64,000 nt of DNA, taken from positions 4,224,001 to 4,288,000 of the forward strand of contig OY764159.1 of assembly GCA_963668175.1 (NCBI GenBank), given 5' to 3'. This DNA is from Syntrophales bacterium. GTDB taxonomy: Bacteria; Desulfobacterota; Syntrophia; Syntrophales; PHBD01. Shown here in pieces: positions 8,614 through 18,060 of the stretch (within the stretch, counting starts at the first letter, position 1; every line of letters begins with the position of its first letter). The notes below the pieces were generated by a model. The model was not told where the DNA came from. It searched no databases and worked only from the letters and a program-made list of their open reading frames with translations. The position numbers and the translations under genes are program-made.

Positions 8614-8826
8614 ATGGGCGCATCGGGAAAACAGATTAAACAACAGCAATCGAAACCCGATTTCATTCCTAACTCGAGAGAAAACCGTTGGTGCGAAAAG
8701 CACGGTTACTTTGTTGATTATGAGGCCTGTTCTGCAAGGGCGCGGAGCAAGTCGTTTTGCCGGCGATGTCTCTGGAAATGGCGTCAAATGCCCCTTCCCT
8801 TCCCGGACACGGCAACCAAGAATTAA
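8614..8826 (+). CDS. Small Cys/His-rich hypothetical protein (70 aa)
   Basis: AAGGA RBS before ATG 8614; C-x2-H-x8-C-x9-C-x2-C motif. Confidence 0.45.
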   Translation: MGASGKQIKQQQSKPDFIPNSRENRWCEKHGYFVDYEACSARARSKSFCRRCLWKWRQMPLPFPDTATKN

Positions 8827-8961
8827 TTCCTCCGTTCCGTTTCAGCATTGGATCGTCGGCTATAGGAACGGCAAAATGCCACTGTTGTTTCATCCTGTGC
8901 GCAGACTCTTCCGGTATTAATCGTTCTCAATCTTTATTTGGGCATAAACGTAAGGTCTATC

Positions 8962-9633
8962 ATGAACGTCTTGGTCGCCGCACCCCATCCGGATGACGAT
9001 CTCATCGGCTGCGGGGGAAGCATGATCGGTCACCTCAGGAAAAAAAGGAAAGTGAGCGTTATTTATCTGACTTCAGGCGATTCCGGAAATATCGACATTC
9101 CCAAGGGCGACCTGACGCTGTTGCGCGAAAACGAGGCGAGAGAGGCGGCATCCTTTCTCGGTATTCAAGACCTCATTTTTCTTAGAAACGAAGACGGATA
9201 TCTTCAAGCCGACAAAAGCAACCTGATCGAGATGGTGAAGCGGATCAGAGAGATCAGACCCGCATGGGTATATATCCCTCACCGGGGGGAAGCACATCCG
9301 GACCACCGGATGACCCACGACCTCATGATAGAAGCCATAAGACGCGCTTCCGGGCCCTGGTTTCAGGAATGCGGCGGCGAACCCTGGACCGTCGGAACGG
9401 TCTTATGTTATGAGGTCTGGTCGCCTCTTCAAAATATATCTTATACGGAAAACATAACCGACTGTATCGATCTGAAATTAGCCGCCCTTAGAAAGCACGC
9501 TTCACAGATTAAGAACACGGCCTATGACGAGGCGGTCGAGGCCCTGAACCGTTACCGCGGCATCGTGACGGGCGGGGGACGCTACTGTGAATGCTTCGAG
9601 GTTTTGTCAACATCCAACATGATTGAAGGATAA
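8962..9633 (+). CDS. PIG-L/LmbE family N-acetyl sugar deacetylase
   Basis: APHPDDD and HPDH metal-binding motifs, RENEAREAA; ATG 8962 preferred over TTG 8938. Confidence 0.9.
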   Translation: MNVLVAAPHPDDDLIGCGGSMIGHLRKKRKVSVIYLTSGDSGNIDIPKGDLTLLRENEAREAASFLGIQDLIFLRNEDGYLQADKSNLIEMVKRIREIRPAWVYIPHRGEAHPDHRMTHDLMIEAIRRASGPWFQECGGEPWTVGTVLCYEVWSPLQNISYTENITDCIDLKLAALRKHASQIKNTAYDEAVEALNRYRGIVTGGGRYCECFEVLSTSNMIEG

Positions 9634-9637
9634 GACC

Positions 9638-9937
9638 ATGTATCAAGAAACGGCCAAACAATGGATTGATGAAATGAGAGCAGAGGGGAAACTTCGGGAC
9701 ATGAATGGGGAAGCCCTCAGCAGGCTTGCGGATGAGTATGCGAAACAACTGGAGGAGAAATTCGAGGAGGCGGTAAAGAGACAGCTCGCACCGGCGGGCA
9801 AAGTGGCTGATTTTGAGCGCATGCTGATCTACGACAGCCAGTATATGAACAAGTACTTAAATCAGACCATTCCTGGTTATCCGGCCTTCAAAACGGAGAT
9901 TTTCGCTCAATTGCGAAAAGAGATAACAGGGATTTAG
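9638..9937 (+). CDS. Small helical hypothetical protein (weak DUF5663-like resemblance)
   Basis: GAAGGA RBS, ATG 4 nt after the upstream stop; ...FERML...YLNQTIPGY...LRKEI pattern. Confidence 0.65.
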   Translation: MYQETAKQWIDEMRAEGKLRDMNGEALSRLADEYAKQLEEKFEEAVKRQLAPAGKVADFERMLIYDSQYMNKYLNQTIPGYPAFKTEIFAQLRKEITGI

Positions 9938-9941
9938 CCGA

Positions 9942-10102
9942 CTGTTGAAAAACGCCCATCTGTTACGCGCGTCTGTGATCCTCGTCGATCGACATACTTC
10001 TGTACCTCATTCTCGCAGCACCCCGTGGGGAGGCTTTTGCACGCTTGATATCGGGACACTTTTTTGAACTCCCCCTATGCGGGGGGCACGGCCTGTTCAA
10101 AA
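9942..10102. repeat. Intergenic palindromic / MITE-like element
   Basis: Left end ctgttgaaaaacgcccatc; ttttttgaac at 10060-10069 as imperfect inverted partner; nested palindromes (gtcgatcgac, ccccgtgggg, ttttgaac...gttcaaaa). Confidence 0.4.
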
Positions 10103-10138
10103 TCGCGCTTTTCAATAAGCTTTTAGGAGGATTCGTTT

Positions 10139-10888
10139 CTGGACATTATCTTCTTGGGAACCAACGGCTGGTACGACACACCCACCGGAAACACCGTTTG
10201 CACCCTTATCAGCTCGCAGGAATATCACGTGATCTTCGACGCCGGTTACGGTCTATACAAGGCGGACCGGTATATCGAGGACCTCGATGACCGTCCCGTC
10301 TATCTTTTCCTCAGCCATTTTCACGTGGACCATATTGCCGGTCTTCATACGCTCAATAAATTCCGGTTTTCCGGCGGACTCGTGATCGGCGGCCCCGAAG
10401 GTACACGCAATGTTCTGAACATATTCCTCAACAGCCCTTTCACCGCCCCCCTTCGAGACCTGCCCTACAGAACCGGGGTTATAGAATTACCGTCTGAACA
10501 GGACCGGGTGCCCTTTCCTGTTACAGTCAAACCGCTGCGCCATACGTCACTGACTCTGGGTTACAGGATCGTACTGGACGGCAGGACCATAACCTATTGC
10601 CCGGATACCGGTTACTGTGCAAATGCCGTCGAACTATCCGCGGAGGCGGATATCCTCATCGCCGAATGCGCATACAAGAGCGGGCAATCCAACGAAGCCT
10701 GGCCGCACCTCAATCCCGAGACAGCGGCGAGAATCGCAAAGGAAGCAAGGGCCAGGAAGATGGCATTGATCCATTTCGATGCCAGAACGCATCCTACCCT
10801 TGAAGACCGGACGGATTCCGAAAACGCGGCGAAACGGATATTCCCTGAGACTTTTGCAACGATTGACGACATGAGGATTAGGTTCTGA
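10139..10888 (+). CDS. MBL-fold metallo-hydrolase (RNase Z/BN-like), probable CTG start
   Basis: SHFHVDH motif, DAGYG, PDTG, AEC, LIHF; AGGAGG 8 nt before in-frame CTG giving MDIIFLGTNGW. Confidence 0.85.
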   Translation: MDIIFLGTNGWYDTPTGNTVCTLISSQEYHVIFDAGYGLYKADRYIEDLDDRPVYLFLSHFHVDHIAGLHTLNKFRFSGGLVIGGPEGTRNVLNIFLNSPFTAPLRDLPYRTGVIELPSEQDRVPFPVTVKPLRHTSLTLGYRIVLDGRTITYCPDTGYCANAVELSAEADILIAECAYKSGQSNEAWPHLNPETAARIAKEARARKMALIHFDARTHPTLEDRTDSENAAKRIFPETFATIDDMRIRF

Positions 10889-10970
10889 CGCCATATCTCT
10901 GCCATGGTCATCCGCTTCGGCTGTTTGAAAGGGCTCGATCAATGCCGTCATCCCCAGGCCGGCGGCTGCA

Positions 10971-12164
10971 TTATTGTCCTCTCTCCATCAGTCCCACGAC
11001 CTCGATATGGGCCGTCTGGGGAAACATGTCGACGGGCTGAAGGCTTTTCAAATCATACCCCCTATCGGCGAGGGCCCTCATGTCCCTGGCCTGGGTGGCA
11101 GGATTACATGACACATAAACGATCCGCTCCGGTTGCACGTCGATGATCGCCGACAGGGTTTTAGGGCTCAATCCTACACGCGGCGGATCGCAGACAACAA
11201 CGTCGATATGTCGCATTTCGGTCTTCATTCGTTTCCCCAGGACATAAGCGACATCGCCTCGGACAAAGACGGCATTGTTATATCCTGCCCTCTGAAGATT
11301 GATCCCGGCGCAGTTGACCGCTTCCAAATCCGTTTCAATGCCTAAAACTTCTCCGGCATGAGGGGCCAGGAACAGGGCAAACAGCCCTGAACCGCAATAT
11401 GCATCCGCGACGCTCTCCTTTCCCGTCAAGGCACACATGGAGACCACCGTATCAACCAGCGCTGCCGTAAGCTCCGTATTGGCCTGGAAAAAACCCTCTT
11501 GAGGTACGAATAGATGTCTCCCTTTGACTGTCCTCAAGACAGTCCCGGAGGGACAGACAACCGACTCCCGGAATTCCTGATGAGACCAGAAGATATGCTT
11601 CCCCTCATGCAAGCCCTCAGCCTCCCCGGCGAGGAGATTACTTCTGAATCGCTGATAATCGCTATTGATCGAATCGTCCATGATCCGGCAGGATTCGATA
11701 TCGACGACCTCATGGCTCAAACCGTGCATGAAGCCGGATAGCCATTTGCCGTTATCGCCACGCACCGCCTGAAACTCGGCTTTCCCCCGGTAAGCGTACG
11801 GCCGGGGTGAATGAATAATCCCGGCAACTGACGGATTTGCGAATTTGCCGATCCTGGTAAAGGCATCGACGACATGGGCCGTTTTAATCTCCAATTGGGC
11901 GTCATAACGGATATGCTGGTACTGGCACCCCCCGCATTGGACGTAATACGGGCATACCGGAACGGCTCTTTCACGGGAGGGATCGAGAAGGCGAACGAGA
12001 CGCCCTCTGGCGTACCGTTTCTTTCTATCGACAATCTCGATTTCGACGGTATCCCCGATCATGGCAAAAGGGACAAAAACGACCAGTTCTTCGATCCGGC
12101 AGACGCCATCGCCTCCGAAGGCTATGCGGTCCACGACGGCCTCTATGATATCTCCTGCCTGCAA
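10971..12164 (-). CDS. rlmD: 23S rRNA (uracil-5)-methyltransferase RlmD/TrmA family with TRAM domain
   Basis: TRAM N-terminus, CPYYVQCGGC Fe-S motif, FFQAN, DAYCGSG, DPPR, YVSCNPAT, DMFPQTAHIE. Confidence 0.9.
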   Translation of the reverse strand: MQAGDIIEAVVDRIAFGGDGVCRIEELVVFVPFAMIGDTVEIEIVDRKKRYARGRLVRLLDPSRERAVPVCPYYVQCGGCQYQHIRYDAQLEIKTAHVVDAFTRIGKFANPSVAGIIHSPRPYAYRGKAEFQAVRGDNGKWLSGFMHGLSHEVVDIESCRIMDDSINSDYQRFRSNLLAGEAEGLHEGKHIFWSHQEFRESVVCPSGTVLRTVKGRHLFVPQEGFFQANTELTAALVDTVVSMCALTGKESVADAYCGSGLFALFLAPHAGEVLGIETDLEAVNCAGINLQRAGYNNAVFVRGDVAYVLGKRMKTEMRHIDVVVCDPPRVGLSPKTLSAIIDVQPERIVYVSCNPATQARDMRALADRGYDLKSLQPVDMFPQTAHIEVVGLMERGQ

Positions 12165-12391
12165 ACGAACAGTCCTTCCGTATTTCTCTTTACAAGGTTC
12201 TTCTTTGTTGATATTGATCCGAAAGTTATGTAATATTCACGCGGTTCTGATTCACATTTTTATAGGCGGAACCGATGATGCCTCGGGAGAAGATATGCGT
12301 GCAACCGGAAACGGCAAAACCGCTTCGTCTCCCCGGAACAGAATGAAGAACATGGATTCATCTACCGCCCTCCGCGGCCACAAGGATTGAC

Positions 12392-13231
12392 ATGTCGCCC
12401 AGAAACTCCATCCTCTGCCCGAATTGCAGGAAACTCATCAGTGAAGACGAAGAGCGGTGTCCTTACTGCGGTCTTGTCTCGCCTGGCTCCTTCTGGAAAA
12501 AAAATATCTTAAGCCGGTTTACGTCGAGACAGGCGGACGCCGTCAAATGGCTGGTCGGCCTGAACATCGCCTACTACATCCTGTCGCTTGTCATCAACCC
12601 TTTTCTGCACCAGTCTCTGGCTAATCCGCTGGCCTTTTTTTCACCTTCCGACGGAAGCCTCTTCATCCTCGGCGCCTCGGGAGCCCTTCCCATAGGCGGT
12701 TATGGACGGTGGTGGAGTCTTATCGCCGCTTCATTTCTCCATGGAGGGATTCTGCACCTGCTGTTCAATATGATGGCCCTCTGGCAGATGGGCTACTTCG
12801 TCCTGCGCGAATACGGTCTGAGCCGTTTTATCACCATTTATATCGTAGCCGGCGCCGGCGGCTTTTTTGTCTCTTTTATCGCCGGCATTTATTTGACGAT
12901 CGGAGCTTCCGCAAGCATCTGCGGCCTCATCGGCAGTATCATCTATTATGGAAAAAGCCGCGGCGGATTTTACGGTGAAATCATCTATAAGCAGGCCATG
13001 GGCTGGGTTATAGGTCTCGCCGTGTTCGGCTTTATCATCCCAGGGATCAACAACTGGGCCCATGGCGGAGGCCTCCTAACAGGTATCCTGGTCAGTTTTC
13101 TGGTCGGCTATCAGGAGAAAAACGAAGAGGGGTTCATTCACAGGGTCATCGCATCGCTATGCATCCTGCTGACTGCCGCCGCCCTTTTATGGGGTCTGTT
13201 TCAAGCCTTATCGATCCTGATGCAGCACTAA
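12392..13231 (+). CDS. Rhomboid intramembrane serine protease with N-terminal zinc ribbon
   Basis: CPNC...CPYC; HGGILHLLFN, GASA catalytic Ser, AHGGG His. Confidence 0.9.
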   Translation: MSPRNSILCPNCRKLISEDEERCPYCGLVSPGSFWKKNILSRFTSRQADAVKWLVGLNIAYYILSLVINPFLHQSLANPLAFFSPSDGSLFILGASGALPIGGYGRWWSLIAASFLHGGILHLLFNMMALWQMGYFVLREYGLSRFITIYIVAGAGGFFVSFIAGIYLTIGASASICGLIGSIIYYGKSRGGFYGEIIYKQAMGWVIGLAVFGFIIPGINNWAHGGGLLTGILVSFLVGYQEKNEEGFIHRVIASLCILLTAAALLWGLFQALSILMQH

Positions 13232-13240
13232 CAAATGCGG

Positions 13241-13270
13241 TTGACATTACAACGAATTATTCTTTAATAT
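13241..13270 (+). promoter_or_regulatory. Candidate sigma70 promoter for the lipoprotein gene
   Basis: TTGACA at 13241, then TTTAAT (16-nt spacer) or TAATAT (18-nt spacer). Confidence 0.45.
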
Positions 13271-13328
13271 AACGCCGATGCTTTGCTCCGTCACTGGACC
13301 ATCTTCGTTATTTTCGGCAAGGAGGGGT

Positions 13329-13745
13329 ATGTCTTCGAGAATTCAGTCGATCATCTATTTGATCCTTGCGTCATTCGTCATTTCGGGTTGTACCGTCGAT
13401 GTCGGCAGCAAAACCGTCGGTGTCCGATCCGGTCAATTCATTTATGTCGACGGCTGCCTTAAAACCGAATACCGTTTCCTCTTTGATGATGTTTGGACCG
13501 CATCGGAAAAAGCCCTGGCCGATATGAAAGCCGTGAATATTGAAAAAACACGGTATATCGCCAATGGAAAAATCACGGGAACGATCGGCAATGAAAAGGT
13601 GACCATCCTGATCGACTATCTGGCGAAGGAACAGACCCTCACTTCCGTCTCGGTCATGGTAGGTCCCGTCGGGGACAACAAGGCGTCCAGGCTGATCCAC
13701 GACAGAATCACCGCTACCCTGCTGAATAAACCCGGGACAAAATAA
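13329..13745 (+). CDS. Lipoprotein, DUF3568-like
   Basis: AAGGAGG RBS, ATG 13329, hydrophobic signal ending in lipobox ISGC; VMVGPVGDNKASRLIHDRI C-terminus. Confidence 0.75.
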   Translation: MSSRIQSIIYLILASFVISGCTVDVGSKTVGVRSGQFIYVDGCLKTEYRFLFDDVWTASEKALADMKAVNIEKTRYIANGKITGTIGNEKVTILIDYLAKEQTLTSVSVMVGPVGDNKASRLIHDRITATLLNKPGTK

Positions 13746-13810
13746 AACCCTCAATCTTCGCCGAAGAAGAGGGCAAGGTCATGGAAGCCGGAACCGGCTA
13801 AGAATCCATC

Positions 13811-14899
13811 TCAGACGTCTTTCGCAAGCATCCCGGCTGCTGCCTCCGTAACGGAATCCACGCCGATATTTTCCAGGCACAGACTCTTTCCCGAACCGTC
13901 GCAGCCCATCCGGTGGCACGGTGAACATGCCATATCCGTCGCGACGACGCGGTGCCGGTCGCCGACGGGGGCCCAATCGCGCCAATCGGTCGGCCCGTAA
14001 ATCGTAACCGTTCTTGTGCCTACCGCGGCGGCGATGTGCGGCGCCGCACTGTCGACGCCGATATGCAGCCTGCTTAAGCCCAAGACGCCGGCCAGCTCGG
14101 CCAGGGTTGTCCCGCCCGCCAGGTTGAAGGCCCGCCCGGAACATAAACCGATGAGCTTCTCCGCCCTCTCCCGCTCGTTCTTTGCTCCGATAACGACGAC
14201 ACCGAGCTTGAAATCCGTCCAGAACCGATCAATCAGAGAAACCCACTTTTCGTCTCCCCACTCCTTATACGACCATCTTGAATAGGGATTGATCGTGACC
14301 CAGGAAAAGCCGTCGCTGATACCCGCCTTGGCCAGAATCTCGCGGACGCTTTTTTTCGCTTGGTCCGATATCCAGATTTTGGGCTCGGTTTCCGGCGTTT
14401 CAATGCCGAAGCCGCGAACGATGCGCAAGGACTGCTCTGCGGCGCCATAAATCCGCTGCTCGGGAGGAGGCGGCGGAATCAAAAGATGCGTGAAGAGGAG
14501 ATTGCGCCACCAGGATACATCTTCATGATACAGGGAAGCCCTTATGGGCGCACCGGTCAGATAACCCATAAACGCGCCCCGGTCATTGGAACGCAGCTCG
14601 AACAGCAGATCGAATCGCGATTTTCTCAATTCCATCACCAGCCGGGTATGCTTTAATTCCTTCGTCAGGAAACCTCCCGGATGGTTCTTTATCTCGAAAA
14701 CATCTTCTATAGCGGGATCGGCTACCAGAAGCGATCCCATGCCTTCCCTGACCAGGACGGACAGGCGCCCTTCCGGGAAAGCCTTCTTTACGCAATGGAA
14801 AGTCGGGGTCGACCAGACGACATCGCCCACATCGCCCAGCTGAATAATCAGAATCTTCCCGATATTCGCCGGTAATTGAAAGTGATCCTTTATATTCAC
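13811..14899 (-). CDS. GT9 lipopolysaccharide heptosyltransferase-like protein
   Basis: LGDVGDV, GVDSAAPHIAAA, YGPT motifs. Confidence 0.9.
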   Translation of the reverse strand: MNIKDHFQLPANIGKILIIQLGDVGDVVWSTPTFHCVKKAFPEGRLSVLVREGMGSLLVADPAIEDVFEIKNHPGGFLTKELKHTRLVMELRKSRFDLLFELRSNDRGAFMGYLTGAPIRASLYHEDVSWWRNLLFTHLLIPPPPPEQRIYGAAEQSLRIVRGFGIETPETEPKIWISDQAKKSVREILAKAGISDGFSWVTINPYSRWSYKEWGDEKWVSLIDRFWTDFKLGVVVIGAKNERERAEKLIGLCSGRAFNLAGGTTLAELAGVLGLSRLHIGVDSAAPHIAAAVGTRTVTIYGPTDWRDWAPVGDRHRVVATDMACSPCHRMGCDGSGKSLCLENIGVDSVTEAAAGMLAKDV

Positions 14900-16014
14900 G
14901 ATAGATATTGATCCACGAGGGAGGCGACGTGGTCCGCTATGGAAAGACAGGAGGTCAGACCCGGAGACTCTATGCCGATGAGATTGACGAAACCGGGAAA
15001 TCCGGCCTCGGTCTCTTCCTTGATGACGAAATCGCGATAGGGTTCATCGGGCCCCTGCAGCTTGGGACGGATACCGCTCATGTCGGGTTGAAGGCTGTCT
15101 GCATGAACTCCGCTCAGATAGGTATTGATCGCCTTGTGAAAGGCCTCTCTTTTCAAAGAATCCACCGAATAATCTATCCTGTCCATATATTCCGTATCCG
15201 GACCGAAGCGGACGCGCCCGGCGAGATCCAGTGTGGCATGAACGCCGAGGCCCACATGATTTTTAACAGGGACGGGATAGACCAAGTGGCGGAGCCGGGG
15301 TGACGGCGATGCCGAGAAGTAACTGCCTTTGCAGTACTTTAAACGGTAATCATGTTTATCGATATCCATACCGGCCATAGCCGCGACCTTGTCGGCATGA
15401 AGGCCGGCACTGTTTATCAGTATCTTCGTGTTGAATCGATATTCTCCGCCGTTGACGTCCAGGCTATATCCTCGGCCGTCATATTTTATGGCGGTTATTT
15501 CCGTGCGATAGGCAACGACAGCTCCATTGCCCTCCGCCTTGATAAGCAGACAGCGCATGAGGCCGTGGGAATCAATGATGCCCGTGGAGGGCGAAAAGAG
15601 GGCATCGACGGCCTTAACGTCGGGCTCCATGCTCCGGATTTGATGATGCGTGAGAAACACCAAATCATTGACGCCGTTGGCTTCGGCCTGCGCTTTCAAT
15701 CCATATAACTCCGCCTTTTCGGCCGAGATGACGGCTACGATCATTTTCCCGATACGGCGATGGGCTATTCCGTTTTCTTCACAGAAATCGTAAAGACGGG
15801 CATTTCCTTCCCGGCATAATGCCGCTTTCTTCGACCCTGAAGGATAGTATATGCCGGCGTGGATGACTTCGCTGTTGCGGCTGCTGGTTTCCTGGCCAAA
15901 GGAAGGATTCTTTTCCACGAGCAAGACATGGGAGCAGGACCGGGACAATCTCTCCGCAATGGCGAGCCCCACGACCCCGGCACCGATGACGGTGACTTGA
16001 AACGGATCGCTCAC
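14896..16014 (-). CDS. FAD-dependent oxidoreductase, L-2-hydroxyglutarate oxidase (LhgO)-like
   Basis: IGAGVVG, TSSRNSEVIHAG, GIESPGLT motifs. Confidence 0.85.
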   Translation of the reverse strand: MSDPFQVTVIGAGVVGLAIAERLSRSCSHVLLVEKNPSFGQETSSRNSEVIHAGIYYPSGSKKAALCREGNARLYDFCEENGIAHRRIGKMIVAVISAEKAELYGLKAQAEANGVNDLVFLTHHQIRSMEPDVKAVDALFSPSTGIIDSHGLMRCLLIKAEGNGAVVAYRTEITAIKYDGRGYSLDVNGGEYRFNTKILINSAGLHADKVAAMAGMDIDKHDYRLKYCKGSYFSASPSPRLRHLVYPVPVKNHVGLGVHATLDLAGRVRFGPDTEYMDRIDYSVDSLKREAFHKAINTYLSGVHADSLQPDMSGIRPKLQGPDEPYRDFVIKEETEAGFPGFVNLIGIESPGLTSCLSIADHVASLVDQYLS

Positions 16015-17954
16015 AGGACGCTGTCCGATTCTTTGGGCGTATATTCCTGCACGATCCGCCGCAGCTGATCTTTGACGGCCGCCCCGTCGTGACGGTTCGC
16101 CGCCTCGGCAAGGGCATCCAATTCCCGATCCAGTTTACATCTAAAGTTCTCTAGGTCGCCGTTGCCGTTTGAAAAATGGTCGGCCCGCAATACCATGATC
16201 TTGTCATGGCCTGTTTCGACGATGCCTTCTCCGGAGGTAATTAACTCCTCGTAGAGTTTCTCGCCCGGCCTCAGGCCGGTGAACACAATAGGAACATCCA
16301 CTTCCGGTTCCTTGCCGGACAGTCGAATCAAATCCTTGGCCATATCGGCTATCTTAACGGGTGTACCCATTTCCAGGATGAAAATCTCGCCGCCTTTTCC
16401 CATGGCCCCGGCCTGGATGATCAGCTGGGCCGCTTCCGGAATGGTCATGAAGTATCGGGTTACTTCCGGGTGGGTGACCGTGACCGGCCCTCCCCGCTCT
16501 ATCTGCTTCCGGAAAATCGGAATGACCGACCCCGAAGACCCGACGACATTGCCGAAGCGCACCGCCATGAATTTCGTACCGCATCCCTGCAGCGATTGCA
16601 GCAGAAGTTCCGTCACGCGTTTGCTCGCACCCATGACATTGGTCGGCCGGACGGCTTTATCCGTCGAGACGAGGACAAAGCGCTCCACGTGAAAGGCTAC
16701 TGCCGTTTTCATTGCGACAAAGCTGCCTTGAATATTGTTGGAAACAGCCTCCCAGGGATTCATTTCCAGCATCGGTACATGCTTATAGGCGGCCGCATGG
16801 AGTACGACCTGCGGTCGATATTTGAGGAACAAGGCTTTCATTAAGGATTCATCCTGGACCTGCCCCAAGATGGCTTGACAACTTTCAAAATGGAGTTTTT
16901 GATGGAGCTCCATTTGAATCGTAAAAAGATTGGCTTCATTGGAATCGAGAAGGACAAGAAGACGGGGCTTAAAACGGACGACCTGCCGGCAGAGTTCCGA
17001 ACCGATGGAACCTCCGCACCCCGTTATCAGGACGGTTTTTCCGTCAATATAGTTACTGATCCCGGCCGGATCGATCTGAACCGGCGGCCTTCCCAGAAGA
17101 TCCTCATAGCTGACGTCGCGCAGCACTTTCACGCTGACGCTGCCGTCAATAATTTCCCCTATCCCCGGCAGGGTCTTGAACTGAACACGGCAATTTTCGC
17201 AGATATCGACAATTCTTCTCATCGCCTGACCTGACGCCGAGGGAATGGCGATCAAGACTTCGTCAACATCGTTGTCCCCGATAATCTTCACGAGATCGTC
17301 GATACAACCCAATACATTGACCCCATGGATCGATCGCCCCTGCTTCTGAGGATTGTCGTCCACGAAACCCGCAACCCGATAATTCAGATGTTCGTTATCC
17401 AATATTTCTCTCAGGATTTTTTCGCCGGCGTCGCCAGCTCCGACGATAAGGACCTTCTTGCTCGGTCTTGCCTGAGGACGGCTCTGGGAATCAACTTTCG
17501 TCCGGTTCTGGGAAAAGTAATAACCCCTTATTAAGAAACGGAGTCCTCCTGTAAGGAGAAATGTGAGAACGCCATCCAGGAGAAATACTGCCCTGGAATA
17601 ACCCTCAAATCTGTAAACGTATAAAATAACGGCCATGCCGATCAGCACGGAGGCAACGGATGCCTTAAACAGATTCCAGACGTCCCAAACGCTCGTATAA
17701 CGCCACATTCCCCGATAAAGCCCAAACGAGAAAAAAACGGCGAACTTCAAGGGGACAAACCAGACCAAAATAATCTTGATGTTGTAGATTTCGTAAGGCC
17801 CCAACCGAAACTCGAAGCGGAACAGATAAGCAATCACATGAGCCAGAGCAAAAAGAACCGCATCGAGGCATATCATGAAATAAAATTTGGGATTTTTAAG
17901 CTGCCGAAACACTTCTATTCTTCCATTTCGTTCGAGGTTTGATGCTCTCTGCAC
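16011..17954 (-). CDS. Membrane-bound UDP-GlcNAc 4,6-dehydratase (PglF/WbpM/CapD family)
   Basis: N-terminal TM helices, GAGDAG, TGCGGSIGSE, HAAAYKHVP, STDKAV, RFGNV, GLRPGEKLYEEL. Confidence 0.93.
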   Translation of the reverse strand: MQRASNLERNGRIEVFRQLKNPKFYFMICLDAVLFALAHVIAYLFRFEFRLGPYEIYNIKIILVWFVPLKFAVFFSFGLYRGMWRYTSVWDVWNLFKASVASVLIGMAVILYVYRFEGYSRAVFLLDGVLTFLLTGGLRFLIRGYYFSQNRTKVDSQSRPQARPSKKVLIVGAGDAGEKILREILDNEHLNYRVAGFVDDNPQKQGRSIHGVNVLGCIDDLVKIIGDNDVDEVLIAIPSASGQAMRRIVDICENCRVQFKTLPGIGEIIDGSVSVKVLRDVSYEDLLGRPPVQIDPAGISNYIDGKTVLITGCGGSIGSELCRQVVRFKPRLLVLLDSNEANLFTIQMELHQKLHFESCQAILGQVQDESLMKALFLKYRPQVVLHAAAYKHVPMLEMNPWEAVSNNIQGSFVAMKTAVAFHVERFVLVSTDKAVRPTNVMGASKRVTELLLQSLQGCGTKFMAVRFGNVVGSSGSVIPIFRKQIERGGPVTVTHPEVTRYFMTIPEAAQLIIQAGAMGKGGEIFILEMGTPVKIADMAKDLIRLSGKEPEVDVPIVFTGLRPGEKLYEELITSGEGIVETGHDKIMVLRADHFSNGNGDLENFRCKLDRELDALAEAANRHDGAAVKDQLRRIVQEYTPKESDSVL

Positions 17955-18060
17955 CGGTGACGCGAAGCAGTATCATACATGATTTTTCAAGCCAAAGAGA
18001 AAAGATCCTTTCGCCTGCGAAAACCTGTCACATCGATCTTTCCAAGGTATGGGCAAATCA

